In this document: positions 1 to 12,530 of the stretch, piece after piece
Position numbering within the stretch: position 1 is the stretch's first letter
Layout: the number at the start of each line of letters is the position of its first letter
Source of the DNA: Gordius albopunctatus
Taxonomy: Eukaryota
DNA: 64,000 bases
Direction of reading: 5' to 3'
Assembly (NCBI GenBank): GCA_964276515.1
Contig: OZ193909.1
Span: forward strand, 2,976,001-3,040,000
Notes under the pieces: model-generated
Seen by the model: the letters and a program-made list of their open reading frames with translations, nothing else
What the model was told of the DNA's origin: nothing
Databases searched by the model: none
Program-made: the position numbers and the translations under genes

Positions 1-1192
1 AAAATTTTGTAGGTGACGAGTTCAAGAATCTCATAATCGCACCTGAGACCAGATCAAATCGAAACACTATTAATTGTTACAAGATATTAATTTAAAATTC
101 TCTTTATGTATGAAATATATATATGTTAATGATGAAACATTAAACAAGGAATGGTATTAATATGGGGGTCGAGATCAATTTTCTTTGCTTCAGATGTAAG
201 TTTTTTCTAATTATTAAATGAATTTTATAAACCAATTTCATTAAAGTGAAAACCTCGATTTATAGAAATCATTGCACACATCGACTAAATGCTTTAATTA
301 GAACAATACTATATCACAGAAAAAAATAAAAGTGGATGCAAGAGAACCTTAGTATGACTATGGGATAGCAATTATAAGTGCATTGTTTTTCAATCTAGCA
401 ACATATTACATGTTTCATTTCTTGAATTGAGTTTATTTAATAATTAAGAACCTTTAAATATCCTTTACATAGTTTAGAATTGTTGAAATGTTGTAGAAGG
501 AAGTCAATATAATTGAGACGCATTTATAGACTAGAGGCTAATTAACATTTAGTATAACACAAAAAATATATCAAAAATCTATTATATAATGATTTTAAGA
601 TTCTAATGTAAAGTTTAACAAATATTAAGATGTCATTTTAAAAATTTAATTGTTTTTCAATAAAACCACCGTTAATTTGATATAATAGCTAAAGAGGTTT
701 AGTAAAATAGAAAGTAGCTAGGAGATGGAAACAAAAATTGATAGCGATAGTCAACAAGGTTATTACAATATATTTAAATTTTACGATAATGTAACGAATT
801 TAAAACAAGAGTAATTTTATTATTATTCGCAGGAAATGAGGTTACTTCATTGGCGTAGGGAGCATTGGAATTAGACAGGAGCAATAATGAGTTAGGGGGA
901 GGGGGCAAAATAATCATTTTTTGAAATTTTAGTTATATTTATAATAAATTTCAACAATTTTTTTTGGATTTAGAGGAGCAGCCACCCCTCTCTGCCTCCC
1001 CCCTGGATACGCCTTTGCGTTACTTTATTTAAAATTTTAAGTATACAAATTATTATTAGAAGTTGCAAGAAGTAGTAAAAAGTAGATATTCAAATTTTTA
1101 CTACGCTACAATATCGTAATTTTTAATACATGTTTATATATATAGACCCACCATTGAGCAGTTATCTGAATTTAGTTAGTAGTATACATGAG

Positions 1193-1395
1193 TAGAGTTG
1201 TTAAATTGCTAACTTTCTTCAAACTCCAGACGCGAGCACGCACACTGAGTTGCTTAACATGCGCGTTAGCACAATATCTGCTCTCTGTTCGATGCACTAG
1301 GTAGAACATTAGCATATAAAAATGCTCGAAGACCGAGCAGAAACTCGAGCAGATGGTAGCTGGAGTTGAAGAAAGTTAGCAATTTAACAACTCTA
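1193..1395. mobile_element. MITE with about 36-bp TIRs
   Basis: TAGAGTTGTTAAATTGCTAACTTTCTTCAAACTCCAG and its near-exact reverse complement at 1360-1395. TSD TACATGAG / TACGTGAG (7 of 8 match). Confidence 0.88.
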
Positions 1396-2149
1396 TACGT
1401 GAGCATAGCCAGGATTTTCTCCCAAAGGGGGGGGGGAATTACCAAAAAAAATTTTAACATTTTTATTTCAACATCAAAATTATAAAATCTAGTATAAAAC
1501 ATTAAGAAAGTCATTATAAATAATTAACTTGGTCAGATACGTTGCACCATTGATCAATAAATAAAAACCTATATTAATATATGATTATTATCATAATAGT
1601 ATTTTTATGAATATTGTAAATGATGTATATTTAAAAGCGCTATTTTTAATGTTAAACTAGCTCATTTATTTCATTAAGTTTAAGAACACTTTAATTAACC
1701 AAAATCACTATAATCTATATAGAATTTTCTTAATTATACACATTTAAAATGGCGGAAAACGGCACACATATTCATCGATTGAGCAGTCTTTTTAGTCTAA
1801 AGCTGTGCGCAAAAAGGATCATAAATGCAACGATGATCTAAGGATTCATTTAAGTACAAGATCTACATAAATAGGATGAATTTTAGGGAATAATAAATAG
1901 AGGAAGGCCCACACTTACATTGGATTAATCATAAAATAAAGAACGATCCCATGCGTGTGCGAAAATAGGAAAGTTGGCGTCGGGTCGGAACGAAAACCTG
2001 CTGTAAAAATCCTTTTTAAATTATGATAGTTTGAAAAGAAAATACAATAGAAAGCTACGGCGTCCTTCCAAAATCTCGCACACTGCATCTCACGCTCGTG
2101 AAATGCGAAAAATACATTAATGCTACCACCTGACTTATAACGAAGGTAG

Positions 2150-3615
2150 TTAAAGTAGCTCGTTATGGATAGAATAAGAATAGCATGTCGGAATATGGCA
2201 CGTTTTCGAGAAAGAGCATCGAGGTCCCACAAATGCTAAAAAGAAGAAGGGTACACATGGCCTGTTTATAAAAGACAAGTTGGAATAAAACTAAAGCTCG
2301 GGAGTTAGGAAAGTACAAGTTATTCAGGGTGTCACAATAGAAACGGGGTTCGGATTCGTGCTAAAGATGGTTGAAGTCAAACAATAGATTAAAAAACAAG
2401 TAGGCCTCCTAACCCTTATATATGTGTATGCCCCTTAAATTAAGTGTATGGAAACAGAAAAAGACATATTCATCAATTCATTAGAAATGGAGATACAAAA
2501 AATACGGCCCAAAGAAATGCTAATTAGTGAGGCAAACTTTAACGCCTACGTGAGAAATAATGGTCTCCAGTACAAACAAAATCATGGACGTCAAGGGCAT
2601 GGTCTGAAGAACAAAGATTGGGAAACATATCTCAAAAATATGACATGGCGATTGTTAACACTTCAAAAGAGCTAAAATTATATTGTGACTTATAGCAGTG
2701 GAAAGATTTTAGTCAAACAGACTATCTGCCTATAGGGCGATAGGATTTATGAAGGAATAAAGATAGCAAGTAATGCCGAGTGAATAAACCACGATGCAAC
2801 ATTTTCCCCTTGTTATGGATCTTTAGAGAAGATTATTTCAGTATAGAAGAAAGGTTGATGAACCTCGGATTAAATATAAAACACTAAATGATAGATCGAC
2901 GAAGTACAAATACAACCAATAAGTTGAAATGGAACTTAGACGACGATTTGATACATGTTCTATAACAAATGGAAAGCTTTGAATAAGCAATAGTGGTGGT
3001 GTGATTAAATGTTTAGGGATATTATCGAAAGAAAAAATCTATATAGACGCTGCCATAATTCTAAAATGTCAAGGATTATTAAAAATATAGGGAGGAAAAA
3101 TAAATGCGATGACGCTTGGTGCAATAGCAAAAAATGTTGCTTACACTTAGATGGCGAACAATTGGATGATAAAAGGGCCATAGTCTCATGTATAAATTGG
3201 CCAAAATAAGAAAGAAGAAAATTCGCGGTGTCTGAATCTTCTAAATTGTTAAATATGTGAGGGTCAAACATTCAAGCCGAAAAAGGTGATGGCATAATAA
3301 AGGTAATACTTGAAGGAACTTATGAATGTTGCAAATGACAAAGACTCCCTCCCGATATTGAGCCAAACATAATCATAATCGAACTCTTTCAGATGAATTT
3401 AATGAACAAAATGAAAAGGATGCAACAATTAAAAGCTAATGTCCTAGATGGAATTCCTATGAAAGCATGGGCCGGATGCCGGATAGAAGGATCACAACCA
3501 TGACTTAACAAGATATTGGTAGAAGAGCGATTTCTTAATCAAATGAGAGCAAGAACCTTATTCAAAAGCAAAGGAAACCTTCAGAAGTGTGGCAATTACA
3601 GAAGTATCAAGCTAC
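2150..3615 (+). mobile_element. Degenerate RTE-clade LINE, 5' part (APE endonuclease and start of RT)
   Basis: Frameshifted remnants such as ICVYAP, NHGRQGHGLKN, DGIP and FKSKGNLQKCGNYRSIKL, collinear with the better-preserved RTE at 3.9-8.6 kb. Confidence 0.8.
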
Positions 3616-6606
3616 AAGTGATGCGGAAAATCAGATAAAAATCTCGGTCTCGTATCATGTCGAAAAATGAGACCAGAATTTAAAATATTTGTCTAGATCG
3701 AGACGAGAATTTCGACATTGAGACAATACGAGATTTAAAAAGCCTGATCTCGACTTTAATTTTTTTATTGACCATCATAATCATAAAATAGTAAATTATT
3801 TAAGTACTTTTAATTTATATGATACTCCTCATTAAGGATGTTAAATGTAAATGAATATGATTGGAATACATTTGATATCGGAAAATTTACACGCCTTCTC
3901 CTTCTTTCCTGGTGGTCAGTCCTTTCAGCATTAGTTTCCATTTGTTAATATGTTTACATAGATCTTTCTTTATCTTGTGGACTTTCATATCATGCCGTAT
4001 TTTATGAATCCAGGTAAGCTTGGGTCTTCCTCTCCTTCGTTTTCCTGCGAAATTTATCAACTAGACTTTCTTTCCTACGTAGCTATCGTCCCTTCTTTCG
4101 ACATAGGCAAACCATCTTAGTCCATTTGTTAGGAGCTTTGTCGCAATTGATGTAGTACCCATAATTCTTCTTATTTCTTCATTTCGCCTATGGTCCTTTT
4201 TGCCTACTCCTAGCACCCATCTTAGCATTCTCATCTCCATGGCCGCAAGACGTTGCTCTTTTCTTTTACTTATAGCCCATGATTTCGAGCTATACAGGAC
4301 TGTTGGCTGTATGATGGATTTATACAGTGCGTCTTTTAGTCTTCTCGGGATGTTTTTGTCACACAGAACACCTGTCAAGTCCCTCCACTTGAGCCATCCG
4401 GAATTTATCCTTGCTTGGATTTCTTTATCCATTCCACCATCCGATTGAAGTGTTGATCCTAAATATTTAAAGGAATCCACGCTTGTAAGTTGCCAATCGC
4501 CTAAAGTAAGGTATGCACTTTGCTGGTTTTCATCCGATTTAAAATTTGTCTTCATGTATTCGGTTTTATTTCGATTTACCTTGAGACCACTTTCTTCTAT
4601 TGCATTTACCCATCTATTTACAGTATTAGCCTATTCTTGTTCACTTTTGGCACGGGGGATTATATCATCTGCAAAGATCATTGCCCAAGGAGCTTCCTCG
4701 CCCAAGTCCTTGGTAATATTATCCACTATCATTATGAATAGGAAGGGACTAAGAACTGAACCTTGATGGACTCCAGTGTTAATGGCAAAGCCCTTTGTAG
4801 TCCCCACTGATGTTCTAACGTACATTCTATTTCCCTTGTACATATCTTTTATTGCTCTGACGTATACTTCTGGCACATTGTTTTCTTCAAGACATTTCCA
4901 AACTAAATTACGAGGAACTTTATCGAACGCTTTTTCTAGATCGATGAAACACATGTGCGAATCCTCTTCCCTTTCTTTAAACCTTTCTATTAATCTTCTA
5001 ACACTGGTTAGGGCGTCTGCTGTAGACCTATCCGGCATAAATCCAAATTGGTTATCTCGAATTTGAACCAAACTCCGAAGCCGTTTTTGATCACTTTTTC
5101 CCACACCTTGAAAGTGTGACTCATAAGCTTTATTCCTCTGTAATTGTTGCAATCCTGAATGTCCCCTTTCATCTTGTATATCGGGATCATGTAGCTATCC
5201 CTCCACTCGTTAGGCATTTTATCCGGCTTCAAGATATTGTTAAAAAGGTTGGCGAGGAATTGAGCACCAGTATTGCCTAACGCTTTGAAGTCCTCTATTG
5301 GTATATTGTCGGGTCCAAGAGCTTTTCCTGACTTTAGTTTACCCAAAGCAACTTTGACTTCCGTTTCCGTGATCCAGTCCGCTGTGTTTAATTCTCCTAT
5401 TGTGTTTTCCTGGTTAGTGTCTTCGACTACAGGCCCCTTTTCAATTGATAAATCGCTATAATAGTCGTACCATCTTTGTAGTATATGGCTGTCGTGTGTT
5501 AGTATTTCTCCCTTTTGACCCTTGATTAGCCGGCATTCTAGGTAATTTTTAGAATTTCGGGCCCTTGACTTGGCGATTTCGTAGATCAATCTTTCTCCTT
5601 CCTTGGAGTTGAGTTTTATATTTATATCATCGTACATTTTGTTTTTAGCTTTCGCTACGAATATTTTAGGCGATCTTTTAGCTACTTGGTAAGCTTGCTT
5701 ATCATTACTATACTCGCTTTTATACCAAACTTTGTACAATCTCTTCTTTTCCTTGATACATTTTTGCACTTCTTCATTCCACCACCATGTCTCCTTGAAA
5801 ATTCTTTTAGTGGGCTTGCTTTCGCCTAGTATTTGTCGTCCCGCTTTTCGCACTGTGGCAGCTATACCATTCTATTGATCCCCATATGAAGTATTTTTCT
5901 TAAATTTAGCATGTTTAATTACTTGTTCCTTAAAATGTTGAATATTATCCTTTAGGCTACTCTTTGTACCTTTTGCCCTTTAAGGCCCTTTAATATAAAG
6001 TTCATCACCAACAGCATCACTCGGTATTACCTTAACATTTTGAACATGCTTTAAGTGCGCTCTGTTGGCTAAAAAAATCTATCTGAGTGATACGGCTGCC
6101 GCTTTTGTACGTTATAAGATTTTCCTGTCTCTTTTTAAAAAAGGTATTTCCTATTGCTAGGTCAAAAGCTTGAGCAATTTCTAGAATTTCCGTACCTCCT
6201 TCATTTCTTAGGCCGTAACCCCGACCACCGTGATTTCTTTCAAATCCTCCACTTGATTTGCCCACGTGTCCATTGAGGTGCGCTCCGATAATTATTAGTC
6301 CCTCTTTACCGAATTGGGATAGAAATTCTTCAAGCTCCTTCCAAAAACACTCTTTTTCCGTCTCAGAGCATTCACTTTGAGGGGCGTATGCTGATATAAC
6401 GTTTATCGTAGTAGATTTATAACGAAGCTCTGTCACCATAATTCTGTCATTGATTCTTTTAACGTCGACGACAGTTTGCTGAAATTCTTCCGATAGCACT
6501 ATACCGACGCCATTCCGGTGAGTTTCTGTACCGTAAAAATATAATTTGTATCCGTCCCCTATGTATTTTGCTTTTTGGCCATTCCATTTGGTCTCTTGTA
6601 TACAAG

Positions 6607-8360
6607 TAGAGACCTGCAAAATCGATTTTTTTAAGGCCCGCCCCGGGCCCGGAATTTAAAATGGGGAAAAGGCCCGGCCCGGGCCCGAATTTTTGGCCCG
6701 GACCCGGAATTTTCAGAATTCCAGGAATTTAATCAAACTCAATTTTTATAAAATTTTTAATTAAAAAATAAAACGCAGGTAATATAATTATAAATCGATA
6801 ATGGAACTATTTTTGGATGCAAAAAACACGGGCATCAAATATTTCCGTGTTTAAATTTGTTTTTTGGTCTTAATAAATCCGGCCCGCTAACGAAAAACAC
6901 CTCTCTCTCGAGGCAAATGAAGCAGGTGTCGAAAAATCTTAAAACAAGGGAGCTAAGCGCTAGAAATTGACCACTGTGGTCTTTCCACAACGCCTCTGGA
7001 TTTCGAATCAAATCGAATATTTTTAGTATTCGATTCTGATTCGATAATTTTATTTGAAAAAATATTAAATTCGAGACGTCGAATATTAAAATAAGGCTTC
7101 AAATTCGATTCAAAAAAATTTAAAGATTCGAATTCGATACAAATATTTTAAAAGTTTTTTAATTTCTAAATATCGCTATAAATGAATTATTCATAAAAAT
7201 GCAATGATTGAATATAAAAATATTAAAGAAGGATAAAATATCGATATTTTAGTCACAATTTGTTTGTTATATACAAAAACTTAGACGATGATTGCAGGTT
7301 GCAAATTCGATGATTTTGTATGGTCCCAAAACATTAACTTATTTTTATTCTTCAGTATCCAAATTATTTAAATTAATATAGTCTCTTATTAAAAATTTCG
7401 CCTAGATGGCATTAATAAGAGTTTATCTATTATTTAGTTTTGGTACCCGTACAACGGGTTATTATCTTGTTTTATTATAAATCTAGAATGTTTATATATA
7501 TAAATAAAATCTCGGCGCATAAGGTCAATGCATATCAAAATATATTATTTATAGTTTAATGATTTATGTTGAAGTTTAATGGATAAGTACAAAAATAATA
7601 TAAACATTAAATAATAGTTGACCTAAAATGTTAGCAAAATTATTGGATTTTTTTTGAAGTTGAACCCCATATTCTATGTAAGGTGCTATTTTTATATTTT
7701 ATGTATGCTTATAAAATTTAAATTTAGTGATCGAGGAAAATAACTAATTTGCGGAAAGATGAAAACATCTTGATTATTTTCGTCTTGTATATTTAAAATA
7801 ACTATCGTATCGAGTATAAATAATTTTTCAAATTCCTTTTTAAAAATTCGATTCGATTTTCGAATCTCACCAGGTAAAAATATTCGAGTCGAAATTCAGA
7901 CCTAAGAATTCGAATTCGGATTTAATTCAAAATTTCAAATCGAATCCGAATCTAGAATCAAATATCTCCCAAAGGTGTACTTTCCACCATTCCAATATTT
8001 CTATTTTTTTCGTTGATCCTTAGCTTTATGTAGGTGTGGATTTCCTTTACTTTATAAAATTCTTTTTGAATATTTTCAGCTATTAGGAGTAGATTTTTTT
8101 GCTCCATACTCAATTGTTTGTATATTACAAAAAGCGTAAAATGAATGAATCAATAACTTGTAATTAATTAATTTTTTGTAATTATTGTTTTAAACAGAAC
8201 AAAAGACTACTTAGACTACTACTTCTAAATTATTTACTTCTAAATTATTCCGGGCCGGCCTATTATTTATGAATTAGACCCGGCCCGGAATTTTAAAGCC
8301 TCAAAATGTGAAGCCCGGAGTTTTCCGGGCCGGCCCTCGGGCCGCCCGTGCAGGTCTCTA
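6607..8360 (-). mobile_element. Non-autonomous hAT element (internal-deletion derivative)
   Basis: TIR TAGAGACCTGCA...TGCAGGTCTCTA and a perfect 8-bp TSD TATACAAG (6599-6606 / 8361-8368). Has GGCCCG subterminal repeats and a remnant of the hAT dimerization domain. Confidence 0.93.
6989..7979. mobile_element. MITE with TTCGAA-rich subterminal repeats, nested in the hAT element
   Basis: Perfect 8-bp TSD CTTTCCAC (6981-6988 / 7980-7987) falls inside the EWWK codons of the host. Imperfect TIR AACGCCTCTGG / CCAAAGGTGTA. Confidence 0.85.
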
Positions 8361-8716
8361 TATACAAGTGATATCGATTTTTCTCCTCCTTAGAGCGTCT
8401 GCCAATTCTCTGCTTTTGCTAGTCATTGTACCAATATTCCATGACCCAAACTTTATCCTACGCAAACTAATGTCTTAAACCGCTTCCGTTTGTTGAGAGA
8501 CCGGTAGCCTTCGTTTATTTCCCACACATTCCAGGCGAAGACGCCCTATGGTTTTCATTCTGCGTCTTTGTTGTAGTATACATTTTGGTTTATATGGAAT
8601 GAGGGAGTATTGATATCCCGGCCTTCTAAGCCTGACGGAACTATGTTAGATTTTGGCGCTTGCCCTCCTCTTCAAATGATGCATCATTTACAACCGGGCA
8701 AGCCAAATTTTGATCT

Positions 8717-11220
8717 TCAACTACCTCCTCTTCTCTTTTTCTCAATTGTTCCGTTCCGCATGTTTGCGCACGACTTTATTATTGCTTTCAACGCTATACG
8801 ACAATAACCTGGTTTTCCTTCCCGCCATCCTGGTGTAAATTCACTTTTTACCCAGACTAATTCATTTATTTCAAAGTTTCGTGGACGTGTCGTCATATCG
8901 TGGTTAGAGACCTGCACGGGCGGCCCGAGGCCCGGCCCGGAAAAGCCCGGCCCTAAATTTTGAGGCTCCAAAATTCCAGACCGGCCCGGGCCTAATTCCT
9001 AAATAATAGGCCCGGCCCGGAATAATTTAGAGGTAGTAGCCTAAGTAGTCTTTGATTCTGTTTAAAAAATATATTTCAAAAAATTAATTAATTACAATTT
9101 ATTGCATCTGTTAAACATTCATTCATTTATTTCGCGCTTTTTTCAATATAATACAAACAATTCAGTATGGAACAAAGAAGAAAACTACTGCGAATCGCTG
9201 AATATATCCAGAAAGATTTTTATAAGGTAAGAGAAAATCTTAGTCGTTTCAAGACTTTAGTACGTGTCATGAAACATCTTCTATGGAGGAAGATGTAGAG
9301 GAGAATGAAGTTGACAATTACATAAAGTTAAAGATCTATGAGAAAAATATAGAGTTATTGGAATGGTGGAAAGACCACAGTGGCCAACTTCCAGCGCTTA
9401 GCTGCCTTGCTTGTAAGATTTTTTCAACACCTGCTTCATCTGCCTCGAGTGAGAGGTGTTTTTCGTCCGCGGGCCGCATTTTTGAAGAGCGGAGAACAAA
9501 TTTAAACTCGGAGATTTTTGATGCTTGTATTTTTTTACATCAAAATAGTTCCATTATGGATTTATAATTTTATTGTGTGCGTTTTATTTTTAATAAATAA
9601 TTTTACCAAAATTGCGTTTGATTTAATTTTTAGCAATTATTAAAATTCCGGGCCCGGGCCTTATTTTTAAAGATGCTGAAATTCGGGCCCGAGCCGGTAA
9701 TATTTCCTATTTTAAATTTCGGGCCCGGGTCGGGCTTTAAAAAATCGATTTTGCAGGTCTCTAATCGTGGTGACAGGCTTGTTTATTAATTTTGTGTTCC
9801 ATAATGGTTTGGGGACTTGGTCGGGACCAATCGAGCATTGTCTGATTCCTCCGTCCGAAAAGCATCCTGGATGGCGACCTACCTGTTGAGTTATGTTCAC
9901 AAACCCTGTATGTTGATAAAATTTCATTCATACACTCCTCCGGATCGTTGATGTCTTCTCTGGTGGCCAAGTAGCGGCTTTTTAATGTTCTAATACATCT
10001 CTCTGCACAACCATTAGTCTTGGGATGGTAAGGAGAATTCAGAATATGCACTATATTATAATCCTTACAGAATTACCTAAACTCAACGGAAGTAAACTGA
10101 GGTCCATTATCGCTGACTATTTGACGTGAAACACTAAATCGAGAAAACCACCCTTTTAGTTTTTTATCAATATTTTAGAATATGTATTCCTAAGGAGTTC
10201 CACTTCAATCCACTTTGAATAAGAGTCAATACCGACAAACCAGTAGTAGGAGTCCATCGGTCCTGCTAGATTTATATGTAATCGTTCCCAAGGCGTGTTC
10301 GTTACGTTCCACGAATATAATGAGACTTCAGGAATATTTATGCGGTTCCTTTGACAATTACCACAATTCCCTAAAATTTAATAATATCTAAGCCCAAACC
10401 TGGCCAGTAAACATAATATCTACTAATAGATTTCATTGCATTAATTCCAGGATGTCCTCTATGCACAATATTTAATACAGATTTACGTAGTGTCTTTGGT
10501 ATGACTATTCGACCGTTCCATTGTATGATACCCTTATCCGAACATAATTCACTTTTCCTATTGAAATACGGTAATACATCTTCGCTGACGACATTTTTGT
10601 TTACATTCCAACTTTGATCTATATATATCAAGACTTTCTTGAGAGTGCTATCACCAAGAGTTTCCTTCGCGATTGTTTTTTCCGACACATGTAAGTCATC
10701 TAACGTAATTGACTTTAAGCAGGCAAAATTTTTTCGTCTTCCGATACCCCCTCGTTAATTTCCGATGAGGGTAGTCGCGACAAGACATCTGCAACGCAAT
10801 TTTCTTTCCCTGGTCTATATTCTAGACTATAATCATATGCGGACAACTTCCAAGCCCACCTTATTAATCGATCGTTGCCAATTTTGGACATATCCCGATA
10901 TCCGCCAAATAGCCGCTCCAGAGGTTTGAGGTCTGTACGCAAGATAAACTTCCTTCCAAATATATAGGCGTGAAATCTTTCACAGCCAAGCATAGTTTTT
11001 TCTGATTTTGAAAGAGTCCTTGACGCGTAAGCTATCGGTTTTTCTAACTCTTTGGGAAGTTGGTGCATTAAAACGGCTCCGAATACATCATTTGAAGCGT
11101 CACAATCAAGGATTAAAGGTAAATCAATTGAATAGGGAATAAGTGTCTTTATGAGTTAAGATTGTCTTAACTTTTTTACAGACAGTGTTTTCTATTAGTG
11201 TCCAAGTCCACTTAGACGTT
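8717..11220 (-). mobile_element. Ty3/Gypsy LTR-retrotransposon pol remnant (RNase H-like domain + integrase)
   Basis: Motifs LILDCDAS, EKPIAYASRTLSKSEK, HRGHPGINAMKS...YVYWPG, PWERLHI, IDSYSKWIEV, VSDNGPQFTS and SPYHPKTNGCAERCIRTLK. Stops and frameshifts are present and no LTR pair was identified. Confidence 0.9.
8905..9763 (+). mobile_element. Non-autonomous hAT element (859 bp) carrying a hAT C-terminal dimerization-domain ORF (9283-9567)
   Basis: TIR TAGAGACCTGCA and a perfect TSD ATCGTGGT (8897-8904 / 9764-9771). The ORF contains LLEWWK...LPALSCLACKIFSTPASSASSERCFSSAGRIFEERRTNL. Same family as 6607-8360, in opposite orientation. Confidence 0.94.
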
Positions 11221-11619
11221 AAAACTCTTGTCTTATACTATTAATTTAGACTTTAATTATTTCTGCCAATGCTAACTAAAGGTCCCAGCTAGATTAAATT
11301 TGTAGCTATGTTAAATATAAATAAACCTATAATCGAATGAGTCAATCTATATCTGGCAAACACGATATTTGATATAAACGCAATATTTGATATTTTTTGA
11401 AAAATTATTCTTTATAGAAACTGTTATTTTTATTAATTAATACCTATTTACTGTCCATTAAAGTAAAGTATTAATAACTTATTTACGAAGGTTCTGAATA
11501 AAATAAATGGTTCGCCATTTATAGTATAATAAAAATACATCAAGGGATATAAGTTTTTGTAGATCGAGACATGTCGAGACTTCTCATGAAAACGAGATCG
11601 AAACAAGATCAAAACAATA

Positions 11620-12530
11620 TAAGCTATTTTGTCACTCCTTTGAATTTATAGAAAATTATAGTAACAAGGCAAGAGAACAAGGTGGAAATATTGGTTAACC
11701 AAATCAAATTTGTAACCCATAAATCTACAACTAACCGGATCTTCGCACTAAGACAATTAATTGAGAAGGTTGAGTAAAAGTGAGGAAACCCTAAACTGGT
11801 CTTTATCAATTTGGAAAAGGCTTAGGACTAAGGTGGTGCTTGAAATAAAGCGAAACGTGGTATTGGCGCTTAGTTGTATATGCTCCGAAGGTCAACAATC
11901 GAAAAACGGTACATATGTAGATGAGCGTTACATGCATCCCATCGCTAAATGATCCAGTGACACGTTTACATACCTCGGCCCTATGTTGCATTAAGAGGGA
12001 GGTTGCGCAAAAGAAGTCAATGCTCAGATCCAAAAGTAACGGCTCAAATGGCGAAGTATATCCTGTGTAATGTGCAACAGAAATATGCGAATATGGTTGA
12101 AAAGCAAAGCGTATAAATCCTTCGTAAGATCACTGTTACTCTATGGAAATGAAAACGGGCATTAAACACTAAAGCCAAGGTGATGAGAATAGGAAGCTGG
12201 AGCTAGGGGTATACAAAGCTCGACCCTATGACAAATGACTGCCTCATGGTAAAAATGGCTTTTCAATCTATGGCAGACTTTTCAATTGAAATTCGGCCGA
12301 GGTGGCATGGTCTTATACTAAGAGTGGATGTAAATCAAAAAGTTTTGGACATGAAGATGCCGGGGAAAAGGGAAAGAGAACGACACTGTGTTACGTGGTA
12401 AGTATATTGGAGAATTTTATACTAATTAAGATAGTCTGGACATGGCCCTAACTCGATCAAGATGGTACAAGCCTATTAGAATAAACCCCACGACTATGGG
12501 ACTTAAGACATGATAAGAAAAAAGAAGTAT
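11620..12530 (+). mobile_element. Degenerate RTE-clade LINE, 3' continuation of the element at 2150-3615
   Basis: Resumes at KLFCHS, then KSTTNRIFALRQLIEK, FINLEKA, YLG and LKWR, ending in a GAA/A-rich tail near 12520. Confidence 0.78.

Larger units (their letters stand above)
3893..8590 (-). mobile_element. Near full-length RTE-clade LINE (APE + RT), frameshifted and interrupted by the hAT element at 6607-8360
   Basis: RIKFGSWNIGTMTSKSRELADAL (about 8370-8460) continues as CIQETKW...SAYAPQ (6032-6606). Further motifs are TWWWNEEVQ, GPDNIP, NYRGIKLMSH, QFGFMP, FIDLEKAFD, GVHQGSVLSP, FADDI and FKYLGS. The 5' boundary is approximate. Confidence 0.93.
3616..11619. mobile_element. Old hAT-like DNA element with GAGAC subterminal repeats; splits the + RTE and hosts later insertions
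   Basis: GAGAC/GTCTC-rich ends (3616-3770 and 11560-11619) and a degenerate 8-bp TSD, CAAGCTAC / TAAGCTAT. Removing the element restores the RTE motif RSIKLxCHS. A related end lies at about 55763. Confidence 0.6.

Noticed and set aside
4200..5461. Several + strand ORFs
   Set aside because: They are antisense to the RTE reverse-transcriptase coding region.
8640..8745. Polypurine tract and 3' LTR of the Gypsy remnant
   Set aside because: A purine run is present on the minus strand, but no second LTR copy or TSD confirms it.
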